A DNA stretch of 64,000 nucleotides from Eledone cirrhosa (GCA_964016885.1 OZ024741.1:230888001-230952000); one strand, 5' to 3'. Counted from the first letter of the stretch, positions 23,701 through 38,284 are shown. Notes: generated by a model from the sequence alone, not told the origin. Program-made: numbers and translations.

Positions 23701-26582
23701 GATGGCGGGGGGGGCTCTCAAAAGAGAGATTATAGTAATGTCGATAGAGTTTAGCAAAGAAGTAGCATTAGAGAAAAATAGAAAGGAGGAAGAGTTGGTA
23801 GATAAGTTAGACGAGGCTATTGGTAGTGGCATTGCAACTGATGGGCTAGCGGCGAGAATGGCATTAGAACATTTCTTCAATGCGAAACACGAAGGTTGCA
23901 TTGTCAGAGCTAAGACGCATGCTCTGAGAAACGAGGGAACCAAAGCTGTTCTATGGGCCCGCGTGGCAGAGGCGCAGCTGGGTAATAAAACCTCGATTCG
24001 GTCTTTGACAGACCGAGACGGGCACGAGCTGAGCGATTCCAAGAGGATGTGTGAAGCCTTTCGCCAACATTTTGCTCGGTTGTTCGGAGGAAGTGGCGGG
24101 TCAGAGGCGGTGGTGGACTTTAGTCCCTACCTCGATGGCTTGCCGCAACTCTCGACGGCTGACGCTGGGCGCTGCGAAAGGCCAATTACTTCAGCCGAGA
24201 TTCAGGATGCCCTTGTCAGCTGCATGAGGCGCAAGTCACCGGTTTGTGATGGTCTGCCCTACGAGCTTTACGTAAATATACCAGACTTGTTCTCCAATCT
24301 CCTCGAAGTCCTCTACTGCAACTGGCAGCAAAACGGGAGTAATTCCAGTTCTGTGAGCCGGGGTGTAGTGACGCTGCTAAGGAAAGACGGGAACAAGAGG
24401 GACACATTAGACAATTTCAGGCCCATAACTCTGCTCAACACAGAGATTAAGATTTTTAGCGAAGAGGTTGGCGCTTGTCGTCGGGGATTTGGTTGGGGAG
24501 GCGCAAACTTGCGCAATCCTCACCAGGTCCATACACGACAACCTCCACCTAATGCGATACATCATAGAGAGGGTAGGGTGTAAACCTGGCTTCGCTGGGG
24601 CTCTGATCAATTTAGATCAATCGAAAGCATTCGATAGGGTCGACCATCGGTACCAGGAGGCTGTCCTCAAGGCGGCTGGCTTCGGCCTCGTCTTCAGAAA
24701 ATGGATCGCTGCAATGCACAGCGGCACCTGCTCGAAGGTCAAAATTAATGGCCACCTCTCGGAACCGTTTCAGGTCTCCCGATCGGTCCGTCAAGGGTTC
24801 CCTCTCTCCTCCCTTCTGTACGTATTGACTCTCGAGCCTTTACTGCGGAAGCTGGAGCTGTTGCAGGGCATCGCGCTCGAACCGGGACGCGGAAAGGCTG
24901 TGTCGGCTTATGCGGACGACATCACCGTGATGGTGTCGGACACCTCAGAAATCGAGGAGGTCGGCAACTTATTGGAGGAATATGAAAGGTTGACGGGAGC
25001 AAAACTTAACCCGGAAAAGTCAGTGGGCTTGCAACTCGGCACCTGGAGAGTCAAGTCCATGCCGTCCAACAGCGTCGTTAGGCGCTGGACGGAGGGACCG
25101 GTAAAGTTGCTAGGGGTTTGGTTCGGGCCAGACTTCCAGGTGGATAAGAATTGGGACGAGGTGACGAGCAGGGTAGTCAGTCTGACCCAGAAATGGGCTG
25201 GGATGAAGCTATCACTGAAAGGTCGGGCGGAGGTGGCGAACGCGTACATCGCGTCCATCATCTACTACCGTCTGACTGTCGTCCCTTGCCCTCGTTCGCG
25301 CCTCGCCATCTTGGAGCGGCTCCTCTTCAAATTCTTGTGGAGGGGACAGGTTCCACTCGTGAGGCGGTCCATCTGCTGCCAGTACCTTCTACGTGGAGGG
25401 CTGGGCATGCCGTGGCTAATGATGCGCAGGCACGCGCTGTGGCTGCGGCATCTCCAGATATTCTGCCTAAACGGTGAACAGGTGTGGTCGCCGTTTATCA
25501 GACGGGCTTTTCCACAGCTCGTTTCTTTGATGCAGTCCTGGTTCAAGAAGAGACCGAGACTGGGTGACTGGAATCTGGATGTTGCCAGGCACTCACTGCC
25601 CTCTACCAGGCGGGAAATGTGGTCAGTGGAACTTCCACTCTCGAGTTCTATAGAGGATTAGTGGTGGGCAAGTGCGACGACGCACTCGGAGAGGCTCTGG
25701 AAGTCAGCGAAGTCGAACTAACCTGTCTGTACCGGAGGACTTTCGAGCCGGGGACGATGGATAATTTCCAAAAATCCCTCGCTTGGCAGTGCTACCGGGG
25801 GGCATTGCCGGTTTGAGATAAATTCTACAGGCACGGAAGTGCTGTCAAACGGACCTGCCCGAGATGCGCGCAGAGCGACGAAACCGTTCTGCACTCACTC
25901 GTCCAGTGTCCGTGCATTAGTGACTTGTGGAGTTATGTTGAACAGCTGTTGTCGCGTGTAGAACGGATCCGGCTATCGGCCGAGTCCATAGTGAAGATCG
26001 ACCCGCCGCCTTCTTTTGGCCCGGAAAGGCAGGCAATTTTCCTCTGTCTGGTGGCAGTAGCGAAAGAGGTTGTATGGGGGACGAGGTTGAAAGGACAGAA
26101 GACAGACACTTTTCTCTTCGGCCAATCCCTCATCAACTTTTTTAAGCTTCACTTGGAAAGGAAGGTGAGGGTGGAGAGAGAAGTGCTGCCCCCCCCCCCC
26201 CAGGACATTTGCTGAAAGGTGGGTGAATGTGGCGAGAATGGCCCGTGTGAGTGGGCCTACTCTGGTCATGCGGCTGTAGGTAGGTAAATTTGAAGAGGAG
26301 AGGGGGTGCCCTTCCAGGGTGCTCTCGAAGCGTCGCGTCGTTCAGGACTGGTGGGGTACCTGAGCGAACCCTAGGTGGTCATCCCCCCCTATTGGGGAAT
26401 TTGTTCTTGTTGTAATTTTATTGTTACTTTATTGTTAATTTGTTATTGTTACTTTGTTATTGTTATTCATATTGTTTACTCGATTTTTCTGTAAAACCCC
26501 ACTGTCCCAGTTTTTGTATTGTCCCCTCTATGTCGGCCCTTGTGGCCAATAAATGAAATCATCATTATTATTATTATTATTA
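20730..26582 (+). mobile_element. Full-length Tx1-clade LINE family B, head-to-tail behind family A
   Basis: Starts GGTCTAAG immediately after the A tail; ORF1 20935-22830 (MAEPRPP.., CFVCGEKTYLRAFC); ORF2 22862-26279; (ATC)(ATT)n tail. Confidence 0.93.
22862..26279 (+). pseudogene. Tx1-B ORF2 (APE-RT-CCHC), disrupted
   Basis: MAVLRVGCLNVRGL, VYAP, LAGDW, SDHK, LINLDQSKAFDRV, VRQGFPLS, AYADD. Confidence 0.9.
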
Positions 26583-29372
26583 CAGTTACATTTATATCTC
26601 TTTATGTCCATACGAGTTATCACCAAGTTACAAACAGTGACGTCGAGAGACAACAGGTCAGCCATGTTCAAGAAAGAATATACATACACACACATGCATC
26701 TTTAGGTGTTTAGACTTGTGATTTACTTATATTGACATAATCTTCCTTCGTATATGGGCAATTCCCATTAGTACTATCTTTTGTATTTCTCCTATACGCG
26801 GGTTTCCTGGTATTTGCGATAAGAAATCATTAGACCCCTTTGGTACAGCGCCTACAACCACTGGTATTCTTTTATTTCTCAATTTCCACATTTTACCAAT
26901 TTCTAACTCCAGGTTCTTATACTGGCTCAATTTTCCAAATGGTTCTATAGATACATTCTTGTCTATTGGAACGGACATATCAATTAGCAGGCATACCATC
27001 TTTTTAAAGCCCTTCAGTATTATATCAGGTCTATTTGCAACTATTTTTCGGTCTGTTTGTATGCTAAAGTTCCACAAGATTGAGATGTGATATTTTTCAA
27101 GTATGGGAGGTGGTTGATGCTCCCACCAATTCTTTTGATGGGGCAGGTCAAAATTCTTACACATTATCCAATGTATGTATTGTGCAGCTCTGTCATGCCT
27201 GTTTAGTTATTCGGTTGGAGCTATAGGACTGCACATTGAAATGATATGATCAATGGTCTCTGGTTGTTTTTTGCATACACGGCATAATGGGTTGCATCCA
27301 TTTCTTATTATGTTGGCTTGGTAATTGTTTGTTGGCAGACACTGTTCTTGTGCTGATATAATTAGTCCTTCAGTCTCCGATTTCAGTCCAGAGGATGCCA
27401 ACCACTGATGGGTTAAAGTTTTGTAAATATCAGGATTGTTAGCTCGTTCTGGGTATTTTCCATACAGAGGCTTTTCTTGCCATTTCTTAGCCGGTTTCTG
27501 TAGCAGTTCTTTCTTTGCAGTTACTTTTACCTGCTTTGTTTTTTCTGTGTTTTTCATTTTAGCAGTAAATCGAACTTCTGAAATTTGTGTCCATTACTGT
27601 ATCTTTGTACATCTTGTGTAATGGAGTATGATCTTTTGATGCTTTCGTGTTTAAAAACGAGTTTGATCATCCAATCATGTGATTCCCTTAGATATGTAGA
27701 TAATCCAATTGTTGCAGTTTTCAACGCAAAATCTGGATTAACCCACGTCCTCCTTCTTTCCCAGGGAGATATATTCTATCTGCCTTAGGGTGAGGCATTC
27801 TGTGCATGGTTAAGTATTTTCTAATTTTTGTATCCAGCCTACGGATCTCTATGATTGACCAGTTGATGACATTGTAACTGTAGGTTACTACAGGTGTGGC
27901 AAACGTGTTTATGGCATCGATCATATTCTTGCATTCAATTCCGCTTATAATATTGCTCTTACTCTGCGGTAACATTCCTTCCTTATCCTTTCCCTCATTG
28001 TCGAGTGCTTGATTCCGTCTCCTTCAAAGACACTTAGATATTTGTATGTTTCTTCTTGAACAAGTTCTCTTATCACATTCTCCCGATCAAGATTAAAGTC
28101 TGAACTTTTCAGCAGCTTTCTTCTAGTGAACGTTGCTTTGGCGCATTTATCTAGTCCAAAGTCCATTTTGATGTCATCACTGAACCGCCCCACTGTGGAT
28201 AATAGCCCTTGAAATTGTTCATCCTTATTTGCAAATAGTTTCAGGTCATCCATGTAGAACAAGTGATTAATGGTTTTGTTATAGACTTTATATCCATGTT
28301 TTGTTTCATTGAGCATTTTATTTAATGGTATAAATGCGATGCAGAATAAAAGCGGTGATAAAGAGTCACCATGAAAAATTACACAATTAATATTAACTTC
28401 TCCAGCTTCCAGTGATTTTTTTTTCACTATTCAAAAGGAGTGTCGTTTTCCATGTCTTCATACTGAATGACAGGAACCTCCTGACAAGGGGAGATATTTT
28501 GAAAATCTCTAAACATTTTTCAATGCAAATGTGTGACAAACTATTGAATGTTTTTCATAATCTATCCAAGCAATTGATATATGTGTGTGTCTATTATGAG
28601 CCTCGTTTACACCCTTTCTACTCATTGGGAAATCGATTATTTGTTATCAGGTGGTCATATGTATATTCAGTTGGGACTGATGTTAACATTTTATACATTG
28701 TGGTCAAGCAAGTTATCGCTCTTTAATTTTTGGGATTGTTTGTCTCATCACTCTTCGGATGTAGGAATGTAATGCCGTTAACTAGCCATGATGGTATCTT
28801 TTCTGGCTCCTTAAACATTTCATTGTAAATTTGGACTAACAGCTCATGAGACTCTGTGAAGCCATTTATCCAAAAAATTGGTATTTTGTCTTTTCCTGGG
28901 GATTTCTATTTGTTGGTTTTTCTAAGAGCCAAACGCAACTGTTTAACTGTTATACTGGTATATTTTCCCATGTTTGTTCATTAAGATGAGCTGTATCTTT
29001 CATTTGTCTGTCTATCTTTGGGGCATGTATATTATGAACTTTTTCTTCGGCCCAGATCTTTTCACAGAATTATTGCACTTCCTCCTTGGGTGGTATTGAT
29101 TTAGCAGTTATTGTTGACTTGCCAATTTTTCTGTAGAAGTTTTTTTGGTTGTTTTGGAACATATTATTGTCCTTATATAATCTAGATCGTTTTTCAAAGC
29201 GTCTTATACGAGCAGCTTTGGCCGACACTTTTTGCTTGATTATTTCTATCAGCAACTCTATGTCACTTGTTGATTTTATACTGTATTTTTTTTTTCAATT
29301 TTCTAAATTTAGTTTGTATTAACATGTTCACCTACTTTGTAGTTTGTTAAAAACTCTGTCAGATCGGAGAAT
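26583..29372 (-). mobile_element. 5'-truncated R4/Dong-clade element, second family (Dong-B)
   Basis: IFHGDSLSPLLF, HLFYMDDLKLF, FGLDKC, CRVCKKQPETIDHIISMC, ANRPDII..LIDMSVP; clearly divergent from Dong-A; both ends abut (ATT)n runs. Confidence 0.9.
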
Positions 29373-29386
29373 GTATTATAATTATA

Positions 29387-29425
<39 letters not shown>

Positions 29426-32400
29426 GGTCTAAGCGGACGTATTTGGCTCGCTCAGAGTAAGTCGCTTTATTTGCCTGTTAAAATTATTTGTTGTTAAATA
29501 TTTCTTGTTGTGTAAGGGATATAAGCCCTTAGACTTTGCCCCGTGAAGAGGAAAGTATAATATTTGGGCCTTTTGCCCAACTATTTTAACTTTTTTTTAA
29601 ATGTTAAAAAATTTACGAAGAAAAAAAAACATGGCTGAGCCACGCCCCCCAGCGATATGTCGGCTGTCGTGCGACAACGACGTAGAAGTTGAGAGGAGCG
29701 CTACAGCGAAATTAACACACATTGATTACACAAACACCACCACAAAAGAGGTAAACAAAGACACCAATGATACCAATAAGAACTGTAGAAGACACCCAGT
29801 ACATAGAGAGGGGCAGACAGTACGGCACCATTTCGGTGTTGTTCAAGTCAGAAGCCCTCGCGTTGAAACACGCCATGACTCCATGCAAAACCAGCAAGGT
29901 CATAATGTACCCCTCCCACATGGGAAAAAGAAAGGCCCGTCGCCGCATTCCCAGAATCCCACCAGGACTTGACATGTGGTGGCTTCTGGGATGTGTGATT
30001 GTGGAGAAGACGGATACAGTCCCTATAGAAGTTACCAGAATATCCAGAGAGGACTGGTCCGGGGTTGACCTGGAGATCCTTCTCCAGATCAGGCCCGAGA
30101 ATGTGAAGACAATCCCAGACCATATCCGACTTCAGAATGGGACTGTCATTCACATTATGACCGAAGGCAAAAGGCCGCAGTGTGTTATTTGTGGGGAAAA
30201 AACCCATGTGCGAGCCTTCTGCCCTCAACTGCTGAAAGGGCAAGGGGTCGAAAGGATTCACTGCTGCCGGCGCCGGGGCGAGGACCACAACCAACACCTG
30301 CACCGGAAAAACCACCAACAACGACACCAATAGAAAAACCACCACCAACATTGACCACCCAGCGGGGAAACCAGGGAAGCTGTCAAATTCCCCCTCCCCC
30401 CCAAAATACACACACCAATAAAAACTTAAACGTACATACAGACACACTTACAGACACAGACCCCTCATCTACAAGTAGTGAAAATGAGGTAAACCCCAAA
30501 TCCCCCAAAATACAAAAAAGGAAACACAAAAGAAAAAAAAAACTCAACAAAGCACAAAAGCACCCACAATAAAAAACGCAGACACCACCCACGCAAACAT
30601 CTCTCCAATAACACCAACATCAACACCACCATCACCATCACCAAAATCCCCCAAACGCAAACAACCGAAACAGACGCAAGAACGAATATACACACAAACA
30701 TCTGAAACCACAGATACCGCACTCACAACAAACACAGATACAACCGAAACAACACCACCAAAACCATCACCACCACAGCGACGCAAACAAATAAAATCAC
30801 ACCAACAAAACATACAAAACTTCGTGCTCGTCAGGAGGGCCAATACGGAACTGTTGGCCCTCGTAGCACGAAGTGAAAATATTCAAATAGAGTGGGAATT
30901 GTTTAAATCGAGCACATTTCGCGTGCCGGAAGATTTGGTTCTGGTGCGAATGTCGCTCAACATATTCAAAGAAATACGAGACAGCTTTCCTCGGGACGTA
31001 TGAACCCCGAACGTAAAACCCACTTCAAGACTTTTGAAGGGGTTCCCAAAAGAAACCCCACTAACTATGGAGGTCGAACAACCCGACCTTCACAAGAGCC
31101 CGGAAGGTAAGTAAACCTTCCTCTCTCTCTGTTTAACCTGCCAACATGGCCATATTAAGAGTAGGATGTTTAAATATTCGAACCTGGGATCGTCCTGGAA
31201 GCAGGGTCACCTGCTCAACGACCTCAGGTCTATAGAAATGGATGTAATTGGAGTCAGCGAGACCAGAATTTCCGACACGCGCGCACTAGCCCCCATTTTT
31301 GACGACTATCAAATCTTTACATCTGTTAGCCAGCCGGGAATGGGAGGCGGGGTAGCAGTGCTGTTTAGAAAAGGCCTGGATCTCGAGGTAAGGTTGATCT
31401 TCCGGGACGCGGACGGGAAGTTGGTAGTCCTGGACGTGAACAATAATGAAGGTGGTGCCTTTAGACTGGTGGCCGTCTATGCTCCTACTGGGGAAGGACG
31501 GCCGGACTTCTTTTGACGCCTGGAAGCCTTTCTGGGTATGTCACGCCCTTTACTGTTAGCGGGGGACTGGAACGGCATCTTAGACGCACGATGGGACTGT
31601 GTGGGAGTATCCGATAGGAGCGGGCGTTGCAAAAGCCTCAAGAACCTGATCAGCGAGTTCCAACTGTTTGACAGGTACCGACTAGATTTCCCTAATGCGC
31701 CTATGTGGACCTGGGCTAACCGCATAGGGTCACCTAGATCGTATATAGACAGGATATTCATTAGGAAAATAGACAGAAATAGTGTAAGCTGTCCACGTTT
31801 TGAAACGGTCGCCTATTCAGATCACAAGTTTGTGATCTGTATGGTCGACCTTGATATCACTCGTAGGTTAGGACCTGGTTACTGGAAGCTAAACTGTCAT
31901 TTCCGGCACGTAAGACTTACAGGGACCAGGTCAACAATTTAGTTAAGAAAAAGTTGACAGGGGAGTCGTCAACAATAGATGGTGGGGGGCTCTCAAAAGA
32001 GAGATTAGAGTAATGTCGTTAGAGTTTAGCAAAGAAGTAGCATTAGCGAAGACTAGCAAGGAGGGAGAGTTGGTAGATAAGTTAGACGAGGCTATTGGTA
32101 GTGGCATTGCAACTGATGTGCTAGCGGCGAGAATGGCATTAGACCATTTCTTCAATGCGAAACACGAAGGTTGCATTGTCAGAGCTAAAGCGCGTGCTCT
32201 GAGAAACGAGGGAACCAAAGCTGTTCTATGGGCCCGCGTGGCAGAGGCGCAGCGTGGTAATAAAACCACGATTCGGTCTTTGACGGACGGAGGCGGGCTC
32301 GAGCTGAACGATTACAAGAGGATGTGTGAGGCCTTTCGCCAACATTTTGCTCGGTTGTTCGGGGAAAGTGGCGGGTCAGAGATGATGGCGGACTTCAGTC

Positions 32401-34713
32401 CCTACCTCGATGGCTTGCCGCAACTCTCGACGGCTGTCGCTGGGCGCTGCTAAATGCCAATTACTTCAGCCGAGATTCAGGATGCCCTTGTAGGCTGCAT
32501 GAAGCGCAAGTCACCCGGTTTGGATGGTCTGCCCTACGAGTTTTACTTAAATATGCTAGACTTGTTCTCCAATCCCCTCGAAGTCCTCTGCTGCAACTGG
32601 CAGCAAAACGGGAGTATTCCTAGTTCTGTGAGCCGGGGCGTAGTGACGCTGATAAGGAAAGACGAGAACAAGCGGGGCACATTAGACAATTTCAGGCCCA
32701 TAATTCTGCTCAAAACAGAGTTTAAGATTTTGGCCAGGGTGTTAGCGAAGAGGTTGGCGCTTGTCGTCGGGGATTTGGTTGGGGAGGCGCAAACTTGCAT
32801 TCAATAGGGTCGACCATTGGTACCTGGAGGCTGTCCTCAAGGCGGCTGGCTCGGCCCCGTCTTCAGAAGCTGGATCGCTGCAATGCACAGTGGCACCTGC
32901 TCGATGGTCAAAATTAATGGCCACCTCTCGGAACCGTTTCAGGTCTCCCGATCAGTCTCCTCCCTTCTGTACGTATTGACTCTCGAGCCTTTACTGTGGA
33001 AGCTGGAGCTGTTGCAGGGCATCCCGCTCGAACCGGGACGCGGAAAGGCTGTGTCGGCTTATGCGGACGACATCACCGTGATGGTGTCGGACACCTCAGA
33101 AATCGAGGTGGTCGGCAACTTATTGGAGAAATATGAAAGGTTGACGGAAACAAAACTTAACCCGGAAAAGTCAGTAGGCTTGCAACTCGGCACCTGGAGA
33201 GGCAAGTCCATGCCGTCCAGCAGCGTCGTTAGGCGCTGGACGGACGGACCGCTAAAGTTGCTAGGGGTTTGGTTCGGGCCAGACCTCCAGGTGGATAAGA
33301 ATTGGTACGAGGTGACGGGAAGGGTAGTAAGTCTCACCCAGATATGGGCTGGGATGTAGCTATCACTGAAAGGTCGGGCGGAGGTGGCGAATGCGTACAT
33401 CGCGTCGGTCATCTACTACCGTCTGACTGTCGTCCCTTGCCCCCGTTCGCGCCTCGCCATCTTGGAGCGGCTCCTCCTCAAATTCTTGTGGAGGGGTCAG
33501 GTCCAGCTGGTGAGGCGGTCCATCTGCTGTCAGCACCCTCTACGTCGAGGGATGGGCATGCGGTGGCTAATGATGCGCAGGCACGCGCTGTGGCTGCGGC
33601 ATCTCCAGATATTCTGCCTAAACGGTGAACAGGTGTGGTCGCCGTTTGTCAGACGGGCCTTTCCATGCTAGATCCTTTGACTGAGTTGCACTCCTGGGTC
33701 AAGAAGAGACCGAGAATGGGTGACTGGAATCTGGATGTTGCCAGGCACTCACTGCCCTCTACCAGGCGGGCAATACGGTCAGTGTAACTTCCACTCTCGA
33801 GTTCTATAGAGGATTAGTGGTGGGCAAGTGCGACGACGCACTCGTAGAGGCTCTGGAAGTCATCGAAGTCGAACTAACCAGTCTGTACCAGAGGACTTTC
33901 GGGCCGGGGACGATGGATAATTTTCAAAAATCCCTCGCTTGGCAGTGCTACCGGGGGGGGGGGGGGGACACTGCCGGTTCGAGAATAACTCTACAGGCAC
34001 GGAAGTGCTGTCAAACGGACCTGCCCGAGATGCCCGCAGAGCGACGAAACCGTTCTGCGCTCACTCGTCCAGTGTCCGTGCATTAGTGACTTGTGGAGTT
34101 ATGTTAAACAGCTGTTGTCGCGTGAAGAACGGATCCGGCTATCGGCCAAGTCCATAGTGAAGATCGACACGCCGCCTTCTTTTGGCCCGGAAGGGCAGGC
34201 AATTTTCCTCTGTCTGGTGGCAGTAGCGAAAGAGGTTGTATGGTGGACGAGGTTGAAAGGACTGAAGACAAACACTTTTCTCTTCGGCCAATCCCTCATC
34301 AACTTTTTCATGTTTCACTTGGAAAGGAAGGTGAGGGTGGAGAGAGAAGTGCTGCCCCCCAGTACATTTGCTGAAAGGTGGGTGAATGTGGCGAGAATGG
34401 CCCGTGTGAGTGGGCCTACTCTGGTCATGCGGATGTAGGTAGGTAAATCTGAAGAGGAGAGTGGTGCCCTTCCAGGGTGCTCTCGAAGAGTCGGGTCGTT
34501 CAGGACTGGTGGGGTACCTGAGCGAACCCTAGGTAGTCATCCCCCCTATTGTAATTTTATTGTTACTTTACTGTTACTTTGTTATTGTTACTTTGTTTAT
34601 TCATATTGTTTACTCGATGTTTCTGTAAAAGTCCACTGTCCCAGTATTTTGTATTTTCCCCTATATGTCGGCCCTTGTGGCCAATAAATGAACTCATTAT
34701 TATTATTATTATT
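29426..34713 (+). mobile_element. Second Tx1-B copy, both ends intact, ~500 bp deletion in ORF1
   Basis: Highly similar to 20730-26582; ORF1 ATG 29631, ORF2 31146-34438; flanked by (ATT)n on both sides. Confidence 0.93.
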
Positions 34714-35056
34714 GGACTTTGAGTCTCAGTCATTGATGATATTTAACTGGAAAGTTTGTTGAAATGAATATCAAGCCTCTACCTGCAGTCTCAGATATTC
34801 AGGACGTATCGGAGGGTTCTTGCTGTTCCCAGCAAGAATGCCTGTTGAAGTGTTAAAAAAAGCGGGGCGGGACCCATTCTCTTTAACCATCCTTGGAAAC
34901 TCTTTGACATAGTATCTAGTGTGCCTATGACAATCGGGACCACTTTGACCTCATGGGTGTTCCAAATCCTTTTTACCTCCTACTTCAAGTCCTGGTATGC
35001 GTTAATTTTCTCCCTCTCCTTCTCTTGCACTCTCGTGTCGAATGGGCAGGCTACAT
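34714..35056 (-). mobile_element. Short 5'-truncated Dong-A 3' fragment
   Basis: VACPFDTRVQEKEREKIN to 3' UTR; ATT-rich runs on both sides. Confidence 0.88.
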
Positions 35057-35076
35057 ATTATTATAACTATTATAAT

Positions 35077-37386
35077 TGTTCTTTGAGTCTCACTCATTGA
35101 TTTTATTTAACTGGAAAGTTTGTTGAAATGAATATCAAGCCGATACCTGCAGTCTCAGATATTTAGGATGTATCGGAGGGTTCTTGCTGTTCCCAGCAAC
35201 CATGCCTTTTGAAGTGTTCCTAAAGCGGTGCTGGACTAATCATCCTTAACCATCCTTGGAACCTCTTTGAGATAGTACCTAGTGCGCCTATGACAATCGG
35301 GACGACCTTGATTTCATGGCAGTTCCAAATCCTTTTTAACTCCCACTTTAAATACAGCTATCGGTTAATTTTCTTCCTCTCCTTTTCTTGCACTCTCGTG
35401 TCAAATGGGCAGGCTACATCTACAATCAGGCACGATCTTTTTTCCTCGTCCAAAACCACCAGGTCAGGCCTATTGTGTTCTAATTTCTTTTCCGTCTGTA
35501 TCCTAAAATCCCATAGCACCTTCACCTGATCCTTTTCTATCACCGACTCTGGCTTATGCACATACCACTTCTCAGAATGTGGTAAATTGTTTACTTTGTA
35601 TAGATGCCAGTGGTTCACCCTTCATAAAACATCATGTCTCCAGCCTTTATACTGAGTCTGGGCTAGGTGTTTATACTCAGATACAATGAGAGGCACAGTC
35701 TCCTCTCTCTCTCCACAGATGCTACACCTGTGAGCTAGCCGCCTCCTTGTCAATATGGTGTTTCACCCATTTCGTTCTGAGGGCTTGCCCTTACGCAGCC
35801 ATTAGCATTCCTTCCGTAGCTTTTTTATGGTCTCCTCTTTTTAAACAGTTCCATGTCTGTGGATCTCTAAATTCCGTTTTCTTAAAGAAGGTACTATGAA
35901 GAGATTTTTCATGAAGGTTGCCCTTCCTTCAGGTTGTTATTTCTTCTTTGGATTTCCCCTGGTCTATTCTCTTCTCCTTCAGTACAATTTTGAGCATTGG
36001 CTCCCTATTGTCAGTCACATATTTGTGCAGGTTGTTTTTCTCCATCTGAACACAGTCCTCTATGCTGAGAAGAACTCTTCCACCTTCAGATCTCTTTAAG
36101 TAGAGTCTATCGACATCACTCCTCTTGTGGAACATGTTGTAGATAGTCAATAGCTTCCTAGTCTTCCTATCCATTTATTTTTGTTCAGCAACGTTCAATT
36201 TCAGAATTGCCGCACTATATCTAATAATAGACACAGCTCGAGAATGTACTGCACTTATGACATTCCTACTATTTAAATGTGATTTTAATAAGCTCCTTAC
36301 TCTCCTTATGGACTCAGATCTTATCAATTCCTTCATTTGTTTTTGTTTTGATGTCATCTGCCCCCAGAAGATCTAAATATTTATATGCTTCTTCAGTATC
36401 AATTTCCTTTAACATCTCACCTGTTGGTACCTGGATTCCGTTACTTCTGCTCAATTTCCCCCTCTTCATCACTAGGACTCCACACTTATTACTACCAAGT
36501 TCCATAAATATATCATTGCTGAAAATACGGACACTGTCAACAAGTACATCCAACTCATTCTTACTCTTCCCAAAGAGTTTAAGATCGTCCATGAAGAGGA
36601 GGTGTTTGATGGTAAGCTTTCTTTTTCCCAACGTGTATCCTGCTCTCACTTTTCGCAATATAATAGTCAGGGGTATCAGGGCAAGGACAAACAGCAGAGG
36701 GGGCAAACTTTCTTCCTGGAAGATACCTCTCTCTCAAGGTATGGGATGACTTTGTTTATCTTAGCTGTTGTTTCTTTTAACTTTTTCCTGTCTACACATT
36801 TTAGCTACATGTTTTCCACTATCATTGTTCATTTCATCTACCACTGAGTTCAGGATATCAACCAAATATTGCTCTAGCCCGTCAGCATTCATATCCTCAT
36901 TGGCCGTATCTTTGTTGCAGATGTTATTTATTTCAGCATTTAGATCATTGACAGCTGCGGATGCTTCCTCAGGTCTCTCAACCTCTTCACCTTCATTTCC
37001 CATTGGCACCTTTGCATGACATACTCCACTCTCCATTTCCAACTTAATCCCTCTGCTCAGTTACTCCAGTTCCAACTCGCTTATCCATCCATTAGTTCTT
37101 TGTGTTCATCTAAATTAAAAACATCAATCTCGTTCAAATGTTATGCATCCGTTTTCCTATAGCCTTTTTCTACGGGGTTACTCTCCAGGTAACATTTCAT
37201 GATAGTTCTATTCAATTCTTTCGTCCAGTTGGTTCTTGTCCCTTTCCTTCTTCCTCCAACACCAGCAGTATTTGGATGCCTGCCAGGTCCCTGCTGCTGG
37301 GCCAGGGAGCACTTGCTGGGTGAGAGTCTTTCACATGACTTTCCAGTCTCCTTTTCACCGTTAATCGAACTGTTTAAGCTCGACAT
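35077..37386 (-). mobile_element. Dong-A copy with large internal deletion (junction near 36730)
   Basis: N-terminal MSSLNSSINGEKE..WTKELN, HLLFMDDLKLF, endonuclease RPDLVV; the region between RKKLKE-like and RGIFQ is missing. Confidence 0.88.
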
Positions 37387-37780
37387 TTAAATACTCATAT
37401 CGAGGATTGGTAAGTGTATGGTTATATAACCACCGGTGATTGTAGTGAGGCACCATCACGCTGCAGACGAACATAAATAAATAAACAAATAAATAAATAA
37501 AAACATAAAAAATAAACATATGCTTCATTGTAATGTTTGAATGTCTGACTTAGTTTTTTTTTTCTTTTTGTTTTTCAAGGCCAGTAACATCGGTTACTAG
37601 TGTTGTAGTTGCTGCTGCTGCTGTTTTTGATTTTAGCTACGCTGAACTCGTAGTCATAGCAACGAGTGAGGTAGGGGGTGTTGCGTTCAAAACTTTTGAA
37701 ATTTGTTTTTGTTTTGATGTTGCGCTGTTTCTGTCTGTGTTCTGTTCTGTAAATTTTCGACAATTATTATAAAGTACCAG

Positions 37781-37967
37781 TGGATTGGCAGTATCGGTAG
37801 AGGGTCGGACGCCATGCTTTCCAGCATAGTTACGTCCCTTTACGATCTGAGTTCAAATCCCGCCGAGGTTGACTTTGCCTTTCATCCTTACGGGTTCGAT
37901 AAAATAAAGTACCAGTAATGCACTGGGTATTTGCTGGCCTTGTGCCTAAAGTAGAAACAATTATTAT
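37781..37967 (+). mobile_element. SINE copy inserted in the Dong-A 5' module
   Basis: A/B boxes, core and tail as in other copies. Confidence 0.88.
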
Positions 37968-38277
37968 AAAGTACCAGTAATGCACTGGATAATTGCTGGC
38001 CTTGTGCCTAAAGTAGAAACAATTATTATAAAGTACCAGTAATGCACTAGGTATTTGCTGGCCTTGTGCCTAAAGTAGAAACAATTATTATAAAGTACCA
38101 GTAATGCACTGGATAATTGCTGGCCTTGTGCCTAAAGTAGAAACAATTATTATAAAGTACCAGTAATGCACTGGGTATTTGCTGGCCTTGTGCCTAAAGT
38201 AGAAACAATTATTATAAAGTACCAGTAATGCACTGGGTATTTGCTGGCCTTGTGCCTAAAGCAGAAACAATTATTAT
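37905..38277 (+). repeat. Six tandem copies of the 62-bp SINE 3' tail
   Basis: G(T/C)AGAAAC recurs at 37951, 38013, 38075, 38137, 38199, 38261 (period 62). Confidence 0.95.
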
Positions 38278-38284
38278 TTGACAT

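Noticed and set aside
33953-33968. G/C homopolymers (also 15581, 26188, 50237, 53564, 60000) as G-quadruplex or programmed frameshift sites
   Set aside because: Lengths differ between paralogous copies; consistent with slippage or sequencing error
37781-37865. tRNA gene
   Set aside because: A/B boxes are present but continue into the SINE core and tail; no convincing cloverleaf
37905-38277. CRISPR-like array
   Set aside because: No unique spacers; contiguous 62-bp units identical to the SINE tail; eukaryotic context without cas genes
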